Shown here: one piece after another, positions 16,327-29,926 of the stretch | Numbering within the stretch: position 1 is the first letter of the stretch | Layout of the letters: each line of letters opens with the position of its first letter | Source: Eledone cirrhosa | Lineage: Eukaryota | Length of the DNA: 64,000 nucleotides | Assembly (NCBI GenBank): GCA_964016885.1 | Contig: OZ024742.1 | Location: forward strand, 139,004,001 to 139,068,000 | Direction of reading: 5' to 3' | Program-made: the position numbers and the translations under genes | Notes under the pieces: model-generated | What the model was told of the DNA's origin: nothing | The model's database searches: none | The model's input: the letters and a program-made list of their open reading frames with translations, nothing else

Positions 16327-19109
16327 CTATTAAAAACAAAACAAAATCATTAAACATAAATATATGAAAACACAATTTATACTAGACAAATCCAGTTGAT
16401 TCTCCTCTGGAGAATGCTTTCTGTACTTGGCGATAGATAGATAAGAATACATAGAGACAGAAAAAATAACACAGATAGGTATAAATCAATGTGTGTGTGT
16501 GTTGTAGAAGCTAGTGTTTTATTTCGCTATCATTTCTAGCAAGACCAGTTACCACAACAAAGCTATTTGCGCTGTGTACAACAGAAAGGCACACAGACAA
16601 ATAGATAAACAGGTCATCTAACAGAGGCAACCAGCATTGCCTGGGAATGAAAGTATTCCTTATATATTAAAAGACGAAAGCAAAACATGTATAGAAATTT
16701 TTTATTTTTCAATTGAGGTACGTGATGAAATCAAATCTGAATTCATAATACAAAAATTAATAAAAGATTAAAATAAAAAATTTATCAGTTTTATGAGGGG
16801 AGATAAATTCTATCACATACATAGAAGGAAATTTCATGAGAGCTTCTGGGAAAACAACATTCTTTATTTTCTGGTTTGGAGCATAAACAAATAAGTCTTG
16901 TAAATTACCCACCCTGGAGCAACCAACATAAATTTGACCATGAGAAAAGAAAGGCTAACTTAAGTGCAAGCCAGTAGATTTCAAAATCTGACCTTCAGCT
17001 TTATTGATAGACATTGCAAGGCAAAGACACACTGGGAATTGTGTTCATTTGAACTCAAATGGCATGTCCGTTGGTTTGATTGGAATTCTTGTAATGAAAA
17101 TATATTCTCTCACAGTACTTGACTGGCACTTCATTTCATCAAACTTGGAAGGATGAAAGGCAAAGTTGACTTTGGCAGGATTTGAACTCAGAATGTAAAG
17201 CACCAGAATAAATACCATGGGGGCATTTTATCTTGACACTTCACTGATTCTGCCAATCTACTGCCCTTTTCATAATAATCTTGATTTCTAATTTAGGCAG
17301 AAGACAACAAATTTTAGGGAAAGGGCAAAGCAGACTGGTACTTTATATTGTCAGCCCTGGAAGGATGAAAAGCAAAGTTGAACTTGGTGGGATTTGAACT
17401 CAGAATGTAAAGAGCCAGAACAAAATCTTCAATGTTGAACTTGCTTAATTGCCCCCCCCCCCCCAAACTCTCGCCCCTAATATGCCTTGACTGCCCAACT
17501 CACACATGGAAGCATGATAGCTGGACATGCTCTACATCTAATCTCCCACAATGCCGTTACCATGTCAAACCTGTATGCTGATCCAGAGTCAAAACAACAA
17601 AAACACCCAGTCCATCCTGTAAGGTGGTCATGATGGTGACATGAGAAAAAGTACCCAATTCACCCTTTAAGGTGGTGATGCTAGTGACACAACAAAAAGC
17701 ACCCAGTCCACACTGTAATGTGGATGGCATTAGGAAGGGCATCCAGTTGTAGATACCAGGCCAAAATATAGATTTGTATGAACATGATGTGGTCTCCAGA
17801 CCTGACTTGTCTCGTAATGTGACAACCTGTCTAACCCATGCAAGTCTGGGAAATGGATGTTAAATGATGATGATGACGACTACTTCCCTATCTCTTTGTA
17901 CTGATTTCATTCTCCTAAAAGTGTGTGATTGTTAGAAGGGAAAGGGCATCATTTATTAATTTCCTATCTCAATTAGTGAATGATGGTAGCATTGCACACA
18001 GGTTTTCAGTGGGCCAATTACTAATTCACTATATTTCTGATGGTAACAAACGACTGTCTGTGTAACATTATGCAAAGTACATGTACATACAAATAATATA
18101 TTTAACACAGAGATTCACCATCATACAGTGTGACAAGGTCGCACCTTATCACACTGTGTGTATATGTGTCTGAGAGAGAGAAGGAGACAGACAGACAAGT
18201 GGAGAGAGAGAGAGAGAGAGGCAGACAGAGAGAAATATGAATCAGACAAATTAAAGGAATATATAAGCGAGAAGGGACTTGGGAGGGTGAGAGATATAGG
18301 AGAGTTAAGAGAAAGTGTAAAGGTATAAGGAATAGAGTAAAGAGAGTGGGCTTATGAGAGAGAGAGAGGAGACTGTAAGAAAAATAGAAATGTGTAAAAG
18401 TATAGGGTATAAAGGGGGGGGGGGGGGGGTGAAACTTGAGAGAGAGAGGAGGGGCAGGACAAATCCATAAGAATCATCATCATCATCATTTAAAATCAGT
18501 TTTCCCAGCTACCAAGGGTTGTACATGTCATCATAGACCAGTCAATATTTCAGCAGAGCCTCTGACATCCAAATGGGCTGGGGGCCCTGACATATGCTCG
18601 CATGTTCTACCAAGCACATTTTAGCGTGGTACCAACATTAGGGAAGCTGTTATGCTTTTAGCATAGCAGAAGAATCTTGTTGTCCTTTTGTTTGGCAAGT
18701 TTTCTATGGTTTATTGTCTTCCTATCACCAATATAAGATTAAAAGAAGTATTCACTTTGTTGAAATTGAAACTTATGTAATACTACAGACAAATAAATAG
18801 ACTTAAAAAAAATATATTTTAACAAAGAAAATCATAAAATGTTCAATCATATAGCTGTCAGTCATAATCAATATAATCTCCCTTTATTTGTATGTGACTC
18901 ATACGTACAGCCACCCATTCATATCAACTCTAACAAGAAAATAACACACATGTACACTATTTTCGACACACACACTTTTAATATACGCTTATCAACATAT
19001 ATGTGTACAGAGGTATATATAAGTAAATCCTAGTGGTGAACGTTCTAAGGAAAACAGTAAAATACATTCTCCACTGCTTTTTGGGGGGACTCACTGCTTT
19101 AATAAAACC

Positions 19110-19140
<31 letters not shown>

Positions 19141-19204
19141 ATTAAGTGTTTCCATAGGAAAGGTAAAGGAAAGGAGAGTGCTCTATGTAAGCTACAGAGC
19201 TATT

Positions 19205-19385
19205 TAGTTATGTAATAAACAATATAAGACAATTATTCACGAAGACAGACGAGCTTGACACAGACGTCTGAAATCGCTCAATCAGTTTCTGATGAGCGAT
19301 TTTAGACGTCTGTGTCAAGCTCGCCTGTCTTCATGAAACCTTTGGTAAATGGAATAATTGTCTTATGTTGTTTATTACATAACTA
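19205..19385. repeat. Imperfect long palindrome (~80-bp arms)
   Basis: TAGTTATGTAATAAACAATATAAGACAATTATTC...GAGCTTGACACAGACGTC mirrored by GACGTCTGTGTCAAGCTC...GAATAATTGTCTTATGTTGTTTATTACATAACTA. Confidence 0.9.
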
Positions 19386-19821
19386 TATATATACATATAT
19401 ATTATCATCATCATCATTTTACAACTGCTGTTCCACACTTGCATGGGTTGGACAGGTCTTTCTCAGCACAGCATCTCTCCACTTAACTTTTGTGAGCCTC
19501 AGCAATTTGTGATCAGCTTTCACTACCTCTGCTGCAGCTTCCCTCCACTTGGATATATATACATTATATATATAACATCTGTAAAGTGGTAGTGTTGGTA
19601 CCACAAACAAATGCACCCAATACACAATGTAATGTGGGAAGGATTAGGAAAGATATTCAGCCATAGAAAGCATGCCAAATATGGAATGTATGAGGAAAAT
19701 AAGGTTGCACCAACTCATCTCATCTCAGCCTGTGCTAACTTCTCCAACACATGCCAGAATAAAAAGCAGATATAAAACGATGATGGTGACCATCACCATC
19801 ACACCTTTACATCCAATTATT

Positions 19822-19882
<61 letters not shown>

Positions 19883-20259
19883 ATATGCAGCCAAAAAAAG
19901 TGCTCAACCTAGTGCGAGGGAGCTGATTTTGAAGTTTTTTTTATCGCACATCCATGCATTCTGTACCGTCACATAAAATCTGCAGTGGTAGCCATAAACG
20001 GACCTTGACACCCCAGATAGCACAATACATGTTATGTATGTGAACATTAACAAATACTATATACATACACACACACACATATATATATAACAAATTGAGA
20101 TGACAGAATAGATTTCTTAAACCATTTAATAGCTTTACAAATGTTTCAATATATATCATACAACTAATGCTTATATTATTTTAATTTAGTATAAAGGGAA
20201 AAAAATATATTGAGTATAACAAAGCATTATTAAATATTCTACATCTTCAGAAGCAATAT

Positions 20260-20890
20260 AAACGATTATACAATGCCTGGGATTCTGCCAGTCCAAAAGA
20301 AAGCTTCTGTTAACTTTGTGATCTAATTAGTAGTGAAGGAAGGTGCTCTGAGAGTATAATAGCTCAAATAAAGAGAGGATGGAAGAAGTTTAGAGAAGTA
20401 CTCCCACATTTGACAACAAAAGGATTGTCCCTACACACAAAAAGATGGCTGTACTACACCTGTGTGTAGTGAGATACTGCAGGGTAGCGAAATATAGGCA
20501 GTAACTGCAGAGGACATGTATAGGCTGGAGAGAATTGAAGCAACCATGCATTGGATGTGCAATGTAAATGTGAGAGAAAGGTAGAACTTGGATGAACTGA
20601 GGGAAAAACTGTGTTTAAGAAGTTGAAGTGTGCAAGAGAGAAGACTGCATTGGTACAGGCATGTGATGTATATAGATGATGATCGCTGAGCCAGGAAATC
20701 CCAGTAGGATGAAGCCACAATAGAGGTAAACCAAGGAAAACCTGTGCTTTAGTGGCGAGAGCTGATCTCAAATAGGTGAGACTCACAGAGGAGATGACGC
20801 AGGAATGCTATGTGGAGAGATGCTGAGCTGGAAAGGATCCGTCCAGCCAATGTGAACATTGACAAACAGGTGAAAAAATGCTGATGATAT
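20260..20890 (+). mobile_element. Decayed RTE LINE 3' fragment
   Basis: Homologous to 22110-22620 (GWKKFREVLP..., LERIE..M.WMCNVNVRE, RLHWYRHV, RGKPRKT). Confidence 0.7.
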
Positions 20891-21311
20891 ATATACATCT
20901 AGTATGCACCACTTTCCTCTCCATACACCTCCCACATCCTAACACCCCACCCATGCCCAAACACTCCACATCCCTAGATCTGCCTCTCCAATGCCCATAC
21001 ACCTCCCCCACCTAAGTCTTCAGCCCACATTGTAAAGTGGTTGTTTTGATGCCACAACAAAAAGCACCCAGCCAACACTGTAAAATGGTCATAGAAACCA
21101 AGACAAAATCAGTGCTGTATAAGCATGACATGGTCACCTGACCTGACTTGTCTTACAATGGAACAACTCGTCTACCGTGGAAAAATGGACTTCAAATGAT
21201 GATGACAATTATATATAATAGTGAAGTACTACACTCTAATCATATATCATATATATATATATATCATTTCATTTTTCATTTTACGTCCGCTTTTTCCCTG
21301 CTTGCAAGGGT

Positions 21312-21346
<35 letters not shown>

Positions 21347-21836
21347 TCATCATCATCATCAGGTTTAGCGTCCGTGTTCCACGCTTGCATGGGTTTGGAC
21401 GGGGGTTTTCCCACTTGAGGCAAGAGTGGTTGTCTTGCTCGCATAGGACTGTCTGGCGGGTTTTCTACAGTTGGATGCCCTTCCTAACACCAACCACATT
21501 TACAGTGTGGGGCTGGGAGGTTTTTACCGTGTTGCCTACACGGCCACATTACAGCGTGGACTGTCTGGCGGGTTTTCTACAGCTGGATGCCCTTCCTAAC
21601 ACCAACCACATTTACAGTGTGGGGCTGGGAGGTTTTTACCGTGTTGCCTACACGGCCACATTTACAGCGTGGACTGTGTGTTTTTTGTCGTGACACCTAC
21701 ACGATCTCATTTGTTTCGGCCTGGATGTTGTGGGGCCAACATAACTTTACATTGAAAGGGGCGGTGTGGGTGGGGTGGAGGTGGAGGTGGTGGGACGGGG
21801 GTGTGTTTTGATAGAGGTGCCTACTGACTGTAGTAG

Positions 21837-22109
21837 ATATAAATTCAAAAGAAAATGACATATACAGAATTATATCAAACATTGAAAATAGGAGATAATA
21901 GGCAAAGAATGTAAGAACATATAATTACAAAAATATCAAACGGTACATAGTGTACATTAAACAACTATTTTACTCTCTCTAGCCATTAAGGAATTATGTA
22001 CGAGAGAGTATATTTTTTGTAATTATATGTTCTTACATTCTCTGCAAATTATCTCCTGTTTTAATGTTTGATATATTTCTATATATGTCATTTACTTTTG
22101 AATTTATAT
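21837..22109. repeat. AT-rich fold-back element (~100-bp imperfect inverted arms)
   Basis: ATATAAATTCAAAAGAAAATGACATATA...GAATGTAAGAACATATAATTACAAAAA mirrored at 22013-22109. Confidence 0.85.
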
Positions 22110-22896
22110 TAAGAAGTTCAGGGAGCTTCTGCCACTGCTAGCTGCAAAAGGCTTTTCTCTCAAAATGAAAGGCAGACTGTATGATGCGTGTATACGAACA
22201 GCAATGTTACATGGTAGTGAGACCTGGGCACTGAAGGTGGAAGACTTACGTAGGTTAGAAAGAAACGAAGCCTGCATGCTCAGATGGATGTGTAATAGTA
22301 ATATACGCGAACGGCAAAGCATAAATGAATTGAGAGAGAGACTGAGCATAAGAGGAATCAAATGCTGTGTGCAGGAGAGGTGGTTGCGTTGGTATGGACA
22401 TGTGATGCGTATGAAGGATGATAGCTGCATAAAAAAGTGCAGAGCACTAGAAGTTAATGGAAACCGCGGAGTGGGGAGACCCAAGAAGACCTGGAATGAG
22501 GTGATAAAAGCCGACCTTACCCAATTAAACCTCTCAAAGGCGATGACACACGACCGTGACCTCTGGCATCACGCAGTAATACAGAGTACCCGACCTCCCA
22601 TGGGTACAAGCCGAAGCTGAAGCATATAGACAATATGCCCCCACACCCTCCCACTGCAAAAAAGCACCCAGCCCACACTGTAAAGTGGACGTGTAGGCGC
22701 CACGGAAAAAAAAGCACCCAGCACTCACTGTAAATGAGGTTGGTGTTAGGAAGGGCATCCAGCTGTAGAAATTAAGCCAGAATCAGTTCCCGTATGAGCA
22801 AGACAAGATCAGCCGACCAGACACTGCCCACAACAGGACAACCCATCTAACCCATGCTAGCGTGGAAGAACGGACGTAAAACGGTGATGATGATGA
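22110..22896 (+). mobile_element. RTE-clade LINE, 5'-truncated, with 3'UTR and (GAT)n tail
   Basis: ORF 22165-22620 KGRLYDACIRTAMLHGSETW...RLRWYGHVMR...GRPKKTW; ends GGTGATGATGATGA. Confidence 0.9.
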
Positions 22897-23069
22897 TTAA
22901 GAGCTAGAAATTTTTCATTCAGCTTCCATTGGAGACGATATGGTGCGTGTCTAATTTTCTCAGTACATCATCTTCATTCATTTTAGTAATGTATATATAT
23001 ATTATATATTATATTATATATATTATGGAATACTGTTGGCTTCTTGCTACAATACTTTCTATACCTTTC

Positions 23070-23103
<34 letters not shown>

Positions 23104-23147
23104 TTATACTTTGGGTGTCACAAAACAAATTCAAAAATGAATATATA

Positions 23148-23740
23148 TCATCATCATCACCATTTTACGTCCGTTCTTCCACAAAAGCATGGGTTAGACG
23201 GGTTGTCCTATTGTGCGCAGTGCCTGGTCGGCTGATCTTGTCTTGCTCATACGGGAACTGATTCTGGCTCGATTTCTACAACTGGATGCCCTTCCTAACA
23301 CGAACCTCATTTACAGTGAATGCTGGGTGCTTTTTTTCCGTGGCGCCTACACGACCACTTTACAGTGTGGGCGGGGTGCTTTTTTGCTGTGGCACCTCCA
23401 CGACTACTTTGCAGTGGGAGCATATTGTCTATATGCTTCAGCTTCGGCTTGTACCCGTAGGAAGTCGGGTCTTCTATATTACTGCGTAACACCAGAGTTC
23501 ACGGTCCTGAGAAGTGCAATTGGGTAAGGTCGGCTTTTATCACCTCATCTCAGGTCTTCTTGGGTCTCCCCACTCTACGACTTCCATCGACTTCTAGTGC
23601 TCTGCACATTTTTATGTAGCTGTCATCCTTCATACACATCAGATGTCCATACCAACGCAACCTCCTCTCCTGCACACAGCATTTAATTCCTCTTATGCTC
23701 AGTCTCTCAATTCGTTTATACTTTGCCGCTCACATATATT
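23148..23740 (-). mobile_element. RTE-clade LINE 3' fragment, inverted relative to 22110-22896
   Basis: Reverse complement aligns along its length with ~22295-22896. Confidence 0.9.
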
Positions 23741-26449
23741 AATATATATATATGGTGGCTGCAAACTGCTAAGAGTATTGCAATTGCTTGTCAGATTACA
23801 GAAAATGGTGCACCTTTAGGCTACAGCCAACCACACGAACCTGTAACATATCCTGAACAAGCAATGCCTGTGCTTTGAAGGTTTTTAAAGTGGGGAAAGG
23901 CCTCGACCAATTCCACTCTCTGAGCATTGAAAGCACTACCTGAAAAGGAGAACTGGTCAACATCATCGGATGTTTTCGAAGCCACAGGTCTTTTTTCAGA
24001 GTTTCCCTCTCTTAGAAAGGTGTTGTGACAACAACTGGGGACCTTTCACTCCCAGGTAATAAAAGAAAAAAAAAGTACTATTTGGATGGCCGTTGACTCG
24101 GTTGGGTTCCTCCGCCCTTCGCTGGGTCTTGTATTTCATCCCGCAGGGTGTCCAAATAACACCCTCCTCACCAAGCAAGCTTGGTGGGGTTGCCGGTGTA
24201 GTCGCTGACGACCCTACCATGAGACAGGTTGTACTGGGTTACATGATACCAGTAGCACTCATGGTTAAAAAGTTTGCTTCATAAACATCTGGTTCCATTG
24301 CACAACACATTGAGAAAGTTTGTTCTACTAGTCTTGGGGTAACAAATTGTGATGTGGGTAGATGATGAGTGATGGATAAAAAGATGTGATAAGCAATCCC
24401 TGTTACAGAAGAGGGGAAACTGAGGAACATAATGGAAGAAGTGGTAAATGCTGTTCTTAAGAAGCTAAAAACCACCAGGCAGGTGACAAGGGATTGCAAC
24501 AAGTTGTAAGAGTCTATGTTGTAACAGACCCAATCCATACAAGCACTGTAGACTTTTATTTTATCATCCCAGAACAAATAAATGATTAAGCCAACAAATT
24601 GGCAGTCATTGGAACGTCTGATAGCATTCGTTTCAGCTCTCTGAGTTGAAATCTCGTCGAGGTTAACTCTGCCTTTCAACCTTTCGAGGTCGATGAAAAA
24701 AAGTACCAGCCTAGTACTGGAGTCGATTCTTCCTCTATATCTATTTTCCACTACCATTCTCTCACTCTATATGCTTCTCTGGAAGAAATATGCTGTACTC
24801 AAACCTGGAGGGGTGGGGGGCTCGACCAGGCTTAAGATGCTCAAGAATCACCATACTGAACTAGTGAGTAATATATTAGGGTTGATTCCATTATCTATAC
24901 ATATCTCTTACAATTTATTGTCATCTGAGAAATTCTTTTTTTTTTAAACCGGTTACGTGGAGGTAAATTTAAATCCAAGTCCGATAATCTTCCCATTTTT
25001 TTATTTGTTAAATTTTAAAACCAGCCATTAAAATGAATTTATGTTTACATACACAGAAGGAAATGAGGTAGTGTGTTTGTCATGATTAACTAATCGGATA
25101 GTACTTTCACTCGACGCGAAGTTTACCATTCTATTAGGCAAATCAACGAGGGATCCCCTACGCAGCCAAATATCGCACGACTCACAACCTTCCGTTTAAA
25201 GAGAGAGAGAGAAAAGGCATGTTTAGATAACCCTGAATTAAGACGGGACGGTCATAACCCCTTTGATCATATGTCTGCTCCATCAGAGTTAACCTGGGGT
25301 TACAGAACAACTGCTACTATGACAAACATCTAACAGAAATCAATAACACGGCAGGTTCCTTAGCAGCGTTGATTGTTGTGTATCGAAGTAACAAATGTAC
25401 AAAAACGTTCTCGCTACGCCCCCACCTTATAGCAATACATCTAAGCTAAAATGATTGTTTGTGATAATCTATCAAAGGTTTTTTAAATATATATTTTTAT
25501 AAGACATATTTACTCAACTTAATATTATCCAATAGACTATTATTAATCGTTTATGGATTCTGTAAGCCTGACAGACTCTCGGTACTTCTTCAATATTGTT
25601 AGAGAACACTTTTGAAACATAGCAATAATAATATATATCCCAGGCGCACGGATAAAAATTTGGGAGGCGGTTAGGGAACAGTAGATTATATCTAACCAGT
25701 ATTTGACTGGTACTTCATATTATCAACACCTGAAGGATGAATGGCAAGGATGACCTCGGCGAGTTTGATGTATAATAATAATAATAATTGTTTCTACATT
25801 TGGCACAAGGCCAGCAATTAACCAGTACATTACTGGTACTTTATTTTATCGACCCCGTAAGGATGAAAGGCAAAGTTAACCTTTAATAATAATAATAATA
25901 ATAATAATTTAATTTCAGCACAATACCAGAAATGTGAGGGGGGGGGGTAAATCGATAATATCGACCCTAGTACTTAATTGGTACTTATTTTATAGCCCAC
26001 GGAAAGTTCAAAGCCAAAGCTGGTCTCGACAGGATTTGAACTCAGAATGTACAGAGCAGGAAAAAAAATACTGCAAAGTATTTTATACGACGCTCTAACG
26101 ATTCTGTCAATCCACCACCTTTCTAATAATAACAATAATGATTTCTTTATTTAAGCAAAATTTATCATTTGTCGTAAGCTATGAGTGGCTTCTCCGATGA
26201 AAGAGCCGGCATTCTCTTTACGGTACATTATTTATTATTTTTTTTTTGCTGTCGCCAATTTCAAATGAAAGTGATTATCTTTGGTGATATATATATATAT
26301 AGAGAGAGAGAGTGGGAGGTTGTTATTTTACTGAATAGTGGTCAATCGAATTCACTATTAAATAAACTTTGATTAGTTAAACAAATATATGAATCAATCA
26401 AAAATAATAAAATATATTCTTAAAAAGGTAAATGAAAAAAATAACTTAC

Positions 26450-26543
26450 TTTTTTGTAAAGTTGAAATCACACTCCGTACTATATCCGTCCGTCCTGCTT
26501 CGACTGCCTTCCGTAAACCTTCGGTGATTTCTTGCAGAGACAT
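26450..26543 (-). CDS. Ankyrin-repeat protein, first coding exon (MSLQEITEGLRKAVEAGRTDIVRSVISTLQK)
   Basis: ATG at 26543, donor GTAAGT at 26449-26444, 94 bp (phase 1) splices in frame to exon 2; CpG-containing and next to a promoter-like region. Confidence 0.85.
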
Positions 26544-26817
26544 AACGAGTCATAAAGAAATAAAATGATGTGTTTTAACATGAAGAACCAGAACACTGGG
26601 ATCTGGAATTGTGAATAAATGGTAAATAAGTATCTAAAATGAAGGGGAAAGGGAAACAAAAAAAAAACACAAAATATAAAGGGACAAGTGTAGAAAGAGG
26701 GGGAAAAATGAAAAGACAAGCTTTTAGAGATCGAAAAAAAAAAGTTCTGTTACGTTGTCAACAGCCGTCTCTTTCATACAACACCGCCCATGACGAAGCC
26801 AGAATGTAAATAAATCA

Positions 26818-26842
26818 ACTTCCTGTTTGTATAACTTCCGGT
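26818..26842. promoter_or_regulatory. Tandem ETS/GABP-type motifs (ACTTCCTGT, ACTTCCGGT); likely core of a possibly bidirectional promoter
   Basis: Motifs ~280 bp upstream of the ankyrin gene ATG in a locally CpG-retaining region. Confidence 0.55.
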
Positions 26843-27499
26843 TTCACTGTTTACATTTTTTTTTATTTATTTTTTTTACGTCTAGTGTGATCCTCGAATT
26901 ACGTGAATAATGCATTCCTCAATACGAAAAAAATGTTTCTATTAAACCCGTCTCACTATTGAGGTGAATTTTTCTTGTGGTTTTTGGAGTGATTTGAATG
27001 AATCTGACCTACAAACTTTCGGAAATTATTCGTTTTTTGTATAATGAGAGGAGGATCGGAGCACCCTTAGAAATTTCTTTACAATTCTTTGTCATGCTTT
27101 GTAAGTAAAATTGATGTTTTTCCTGTGGCCTTCAAAACATTGAAATTATTCGCTTTTTTTAAGCATGATGGGCATAATATTCCGAAAACTCCGAGCCTCC
27201 ACCCATGTACTAAAAACGAGTCATTTCCGATGGTTTTGATGGTCAGAATTGTTCAAACCTTCTGTCAAATATAAACTTTACCACTTAAGCGAGATGGATC
27301 TAATTGCAAAAATTTTCCCTAGATACCTTATTGCTGAAAACAAGATAGAGTGGCCTCAACTGAAACGTCTTTGGTCATAAATTTCATCACTAACGATTTA
27401 ATAACGTAACTCATTAATGATTCAATTAATGAACGGTCGCTCAGTTTGCTGGAAATAGCTCCAAAATTGCCTAATATCACGCTATTGTCGTTACAAATT

Positions 27500-28060
27500 A
27501 GACCCGTGATGGTACTTGGTTATTTCAACGCCTTAACCTTGCCATCACCTGCGGTCATGCTGCGAGCGTGTTGGCTTGCCTCGAAAAGTATTACAGATAG
27601 GTTCCGATGCATCTTGTGATGTTTGACCGATTGACGATATTTATTTATTTTTATTTTTTTTCGCTTTGATTGTGTATTTTTGCGTGTTATATTTATAAGG
27701 TTCCATGAATTCTATTTTTATGTGAAACATCATGATTATATTATCTTGCTAATGAATTCTTGTTATTATCATGCAAACGAAATAAAATTTGATTCATAAT
27801 GGATGCAGCGGTTAGGACGAGAGCTACAGCTTCCGCGGCCGAACGGAACAAAATCCTGAAATACCGTGATCTATCGGTTAACTACATTTTCGAGCTTGTG
27901 GTGTTTGTTCGAGATGTTTGGTGGAGTCAAGCTACTGACTACGAGGTTCTTATCTTCACTGGCAGCTCGCCTAACCGATGTAACTGGTTATGCGCTTGGT
28001 TGTTCTAGCGCATCACCTGAGGTAACGCTGCGAGCGTGCTGGCTTGGCTCAAAGATTATT
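27500..28060 (+). mobile_element. Two decayed CRE-like (RLE-type) non-LTR retrotransposon 3' fragments
   Basis: LFQRLNLAITCGHAASVLA at ~27520-27580; AAERNKILKYRDLSVNYIF...GNAASVLA at ~27800-28050. Confidence 0.6.
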
Positions 28061-28095
28061 AGAGTGATTTCCCAGTGGTCCTCGCTATACTTTAT

Positions 28096-29145
28096 TAATA
28101 ATAATAATGAAATTATTGTGTAAAGTGCTCAGGTGCACTACAACTCGTCAAAGGTGCATGTATAGTACATCGAATAATATACAAATGTCAGGGAAGTGAA
28201 TAGTGTATGAGTCATGATATACATGTGTGTATGTGTATGGAGGAGGAACATTAGGTGTAGTGTTGGCGAATCTCGGGAAGCATGGAGGTTTTAAAGGATG
28301 CAGTGTCTCGACAGCTAACAACTGATGCAGGTAGTTTGTTCCATGCCTCAGCAATCCTGAGCGCGAAAACATGTTTCCGAAAGTCATGGGAACTGTGCTG
28401 CTTTCTGACTTCGTGGGCATGTCCACGTGTGTTAGACACGTGGAAATCAAAAAGGTACTCAGGGTTGTTGTTGGCAAGATGGTTAACAATTTGTCAGGCG
28501 TCGGAGCTTCAATGTATCCATGCCCAGGGAAGCAAGGCGTTCAGAGTATGGTAGATGCCTGATGGAGGGTATTCGCTTGGTTGCACGTCTCTGAACAGTT
28601 TCCTGGCGGTCAATGTTCTGAGCAAGATAGAGGTTCCAGACTGGTGATGCAAATTCTAAGTGTGGCCGCACCATAGCCATGTACAGCCTTAAATAGATAG
28701 CTGGAGAGCGGCTGACAAAGGTCTTGCTGAGTGATGCTAAGACACCCTCAGCCCTCTTGACAATTTTAGAGACGTGCTTATTCCAACGCAAATCGCTGCT
28801 GACCATAATGCCCAGGTCACGTTCACAAGAAAACTTTTTGATATTAGTGCTGTGGAGGGAGTATGTGGACGCTGGGTTTTTACTCCCAAAATGCATGGTG
28901 GTACACTTGTCCACAGCTAGCTTGAGTTGCCAGTCTGAGATCCATTGTTGCATTGTGTCCAGGTCAGACTGCAAGCAAGACCTATAGTGTTCAGGATCTG
29001 TCCTTTTTATCTCAAGGTACAGCTTGGTGTCATCTTCGTACTTTAGTACTGTGGCATTCTTTAAGTTGGCATCTATGTCATTAATATATGCCACAAACAA
29101 AAGGGGGCCAAGAACAGATAGCTGTGGTACACCAGATGACATCTC
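28096..29145 (-). mobile_element. CR1-group LINE, 5'-truncated RT and 3' end with (ATT)n tail
   Basis: SGVPQLSVLGPLLFVAYINDI, KYEDDTKL, RPHLEFASPVWN, VQRRATKRI, TRGH...WNKLP. Confidence 0.9.
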
Positions 29146-29596
29146 ATACTGTTATCTTTTGCTCTGGTAGCGGTCCGTTTGCCCACCCCTTTCACCTCCC
29201 CTTTGTTGTATGTAGTCCTAGATGTATGTATTACCTGTTTCGTATATATTGTGTTTGTGTTTTTGTTCTGAAACGATTGTATTATTATTTTTTATATACA
29301 ACTGTAAATAAAAGACTTTTTAATATCTAAAAAAAAAAAGAAGAAAATTAGGAAAGCGATTATGTATTACAAAATATGCGAATAATATATAGTAGGTATT
29401 GTTTAAGAATTTAATATATCAAATTTAAACATGCCCAGAACTCAAAAGGGTGACTTTAAAACATGAATTTTTCCCTATGTAGTTAATAAGAAATCAATTT
29501 TAAAGAAGGATAATTCCTGTTGTCAATTTTCTAGGTAACTGCTTCAGTTACCTCCCTTGTCAATTATGCAGTCGTGATAATGTGCTTTCGTATTTA

Positions 29597-29926
29597 CAGG
29601 GTATTTCAAAAAATGAAATATCATTTGAGATGTAAATACCCCAGAAACTACCACTCTGTATTGTGAATTAGTGTTATAATTGTTTCTACTTTTGGCAGAA
29701 GGCCAGAAATTATCCCAGGGCATTACTGGTACTTTATTTTATCGACCCCATTAGGATGAAAGGCAAAGTTAATCTCGGCGGGATTTGAACTCAGACCTAG
29801 TGTTATAATGTTGACAAATTGTGAGGAATAAATCTTATATTGCTCAACATTAAGCCTACTCAGTCTTGTTGTCGTAGGCTTTGTAGTTTCTATCTCAAAT
29901 GATATCTGATATTTTGAAACATCCTA
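29597..29926. mobile_element. Tc1/mariner-type MITE carrying a nested SINE (29681-29797)
   Basis: TA-flanked TIRs CAGGGTATTTCAAAA..ATATCATTTGAGAT / ATCTCAAATGATAT..TTTTGAAACATCCTA; the SINE has a 12-bp TSD TAGTGTTATAAT at 29669-29680 and 29798-29809. Confidence 0.75.

Noticed and set aside
19289-19340. Hammerhead from CTGATGA...GAAAC
   Set aside because: Stem II does not close next to the core and no stem I/III can be formed
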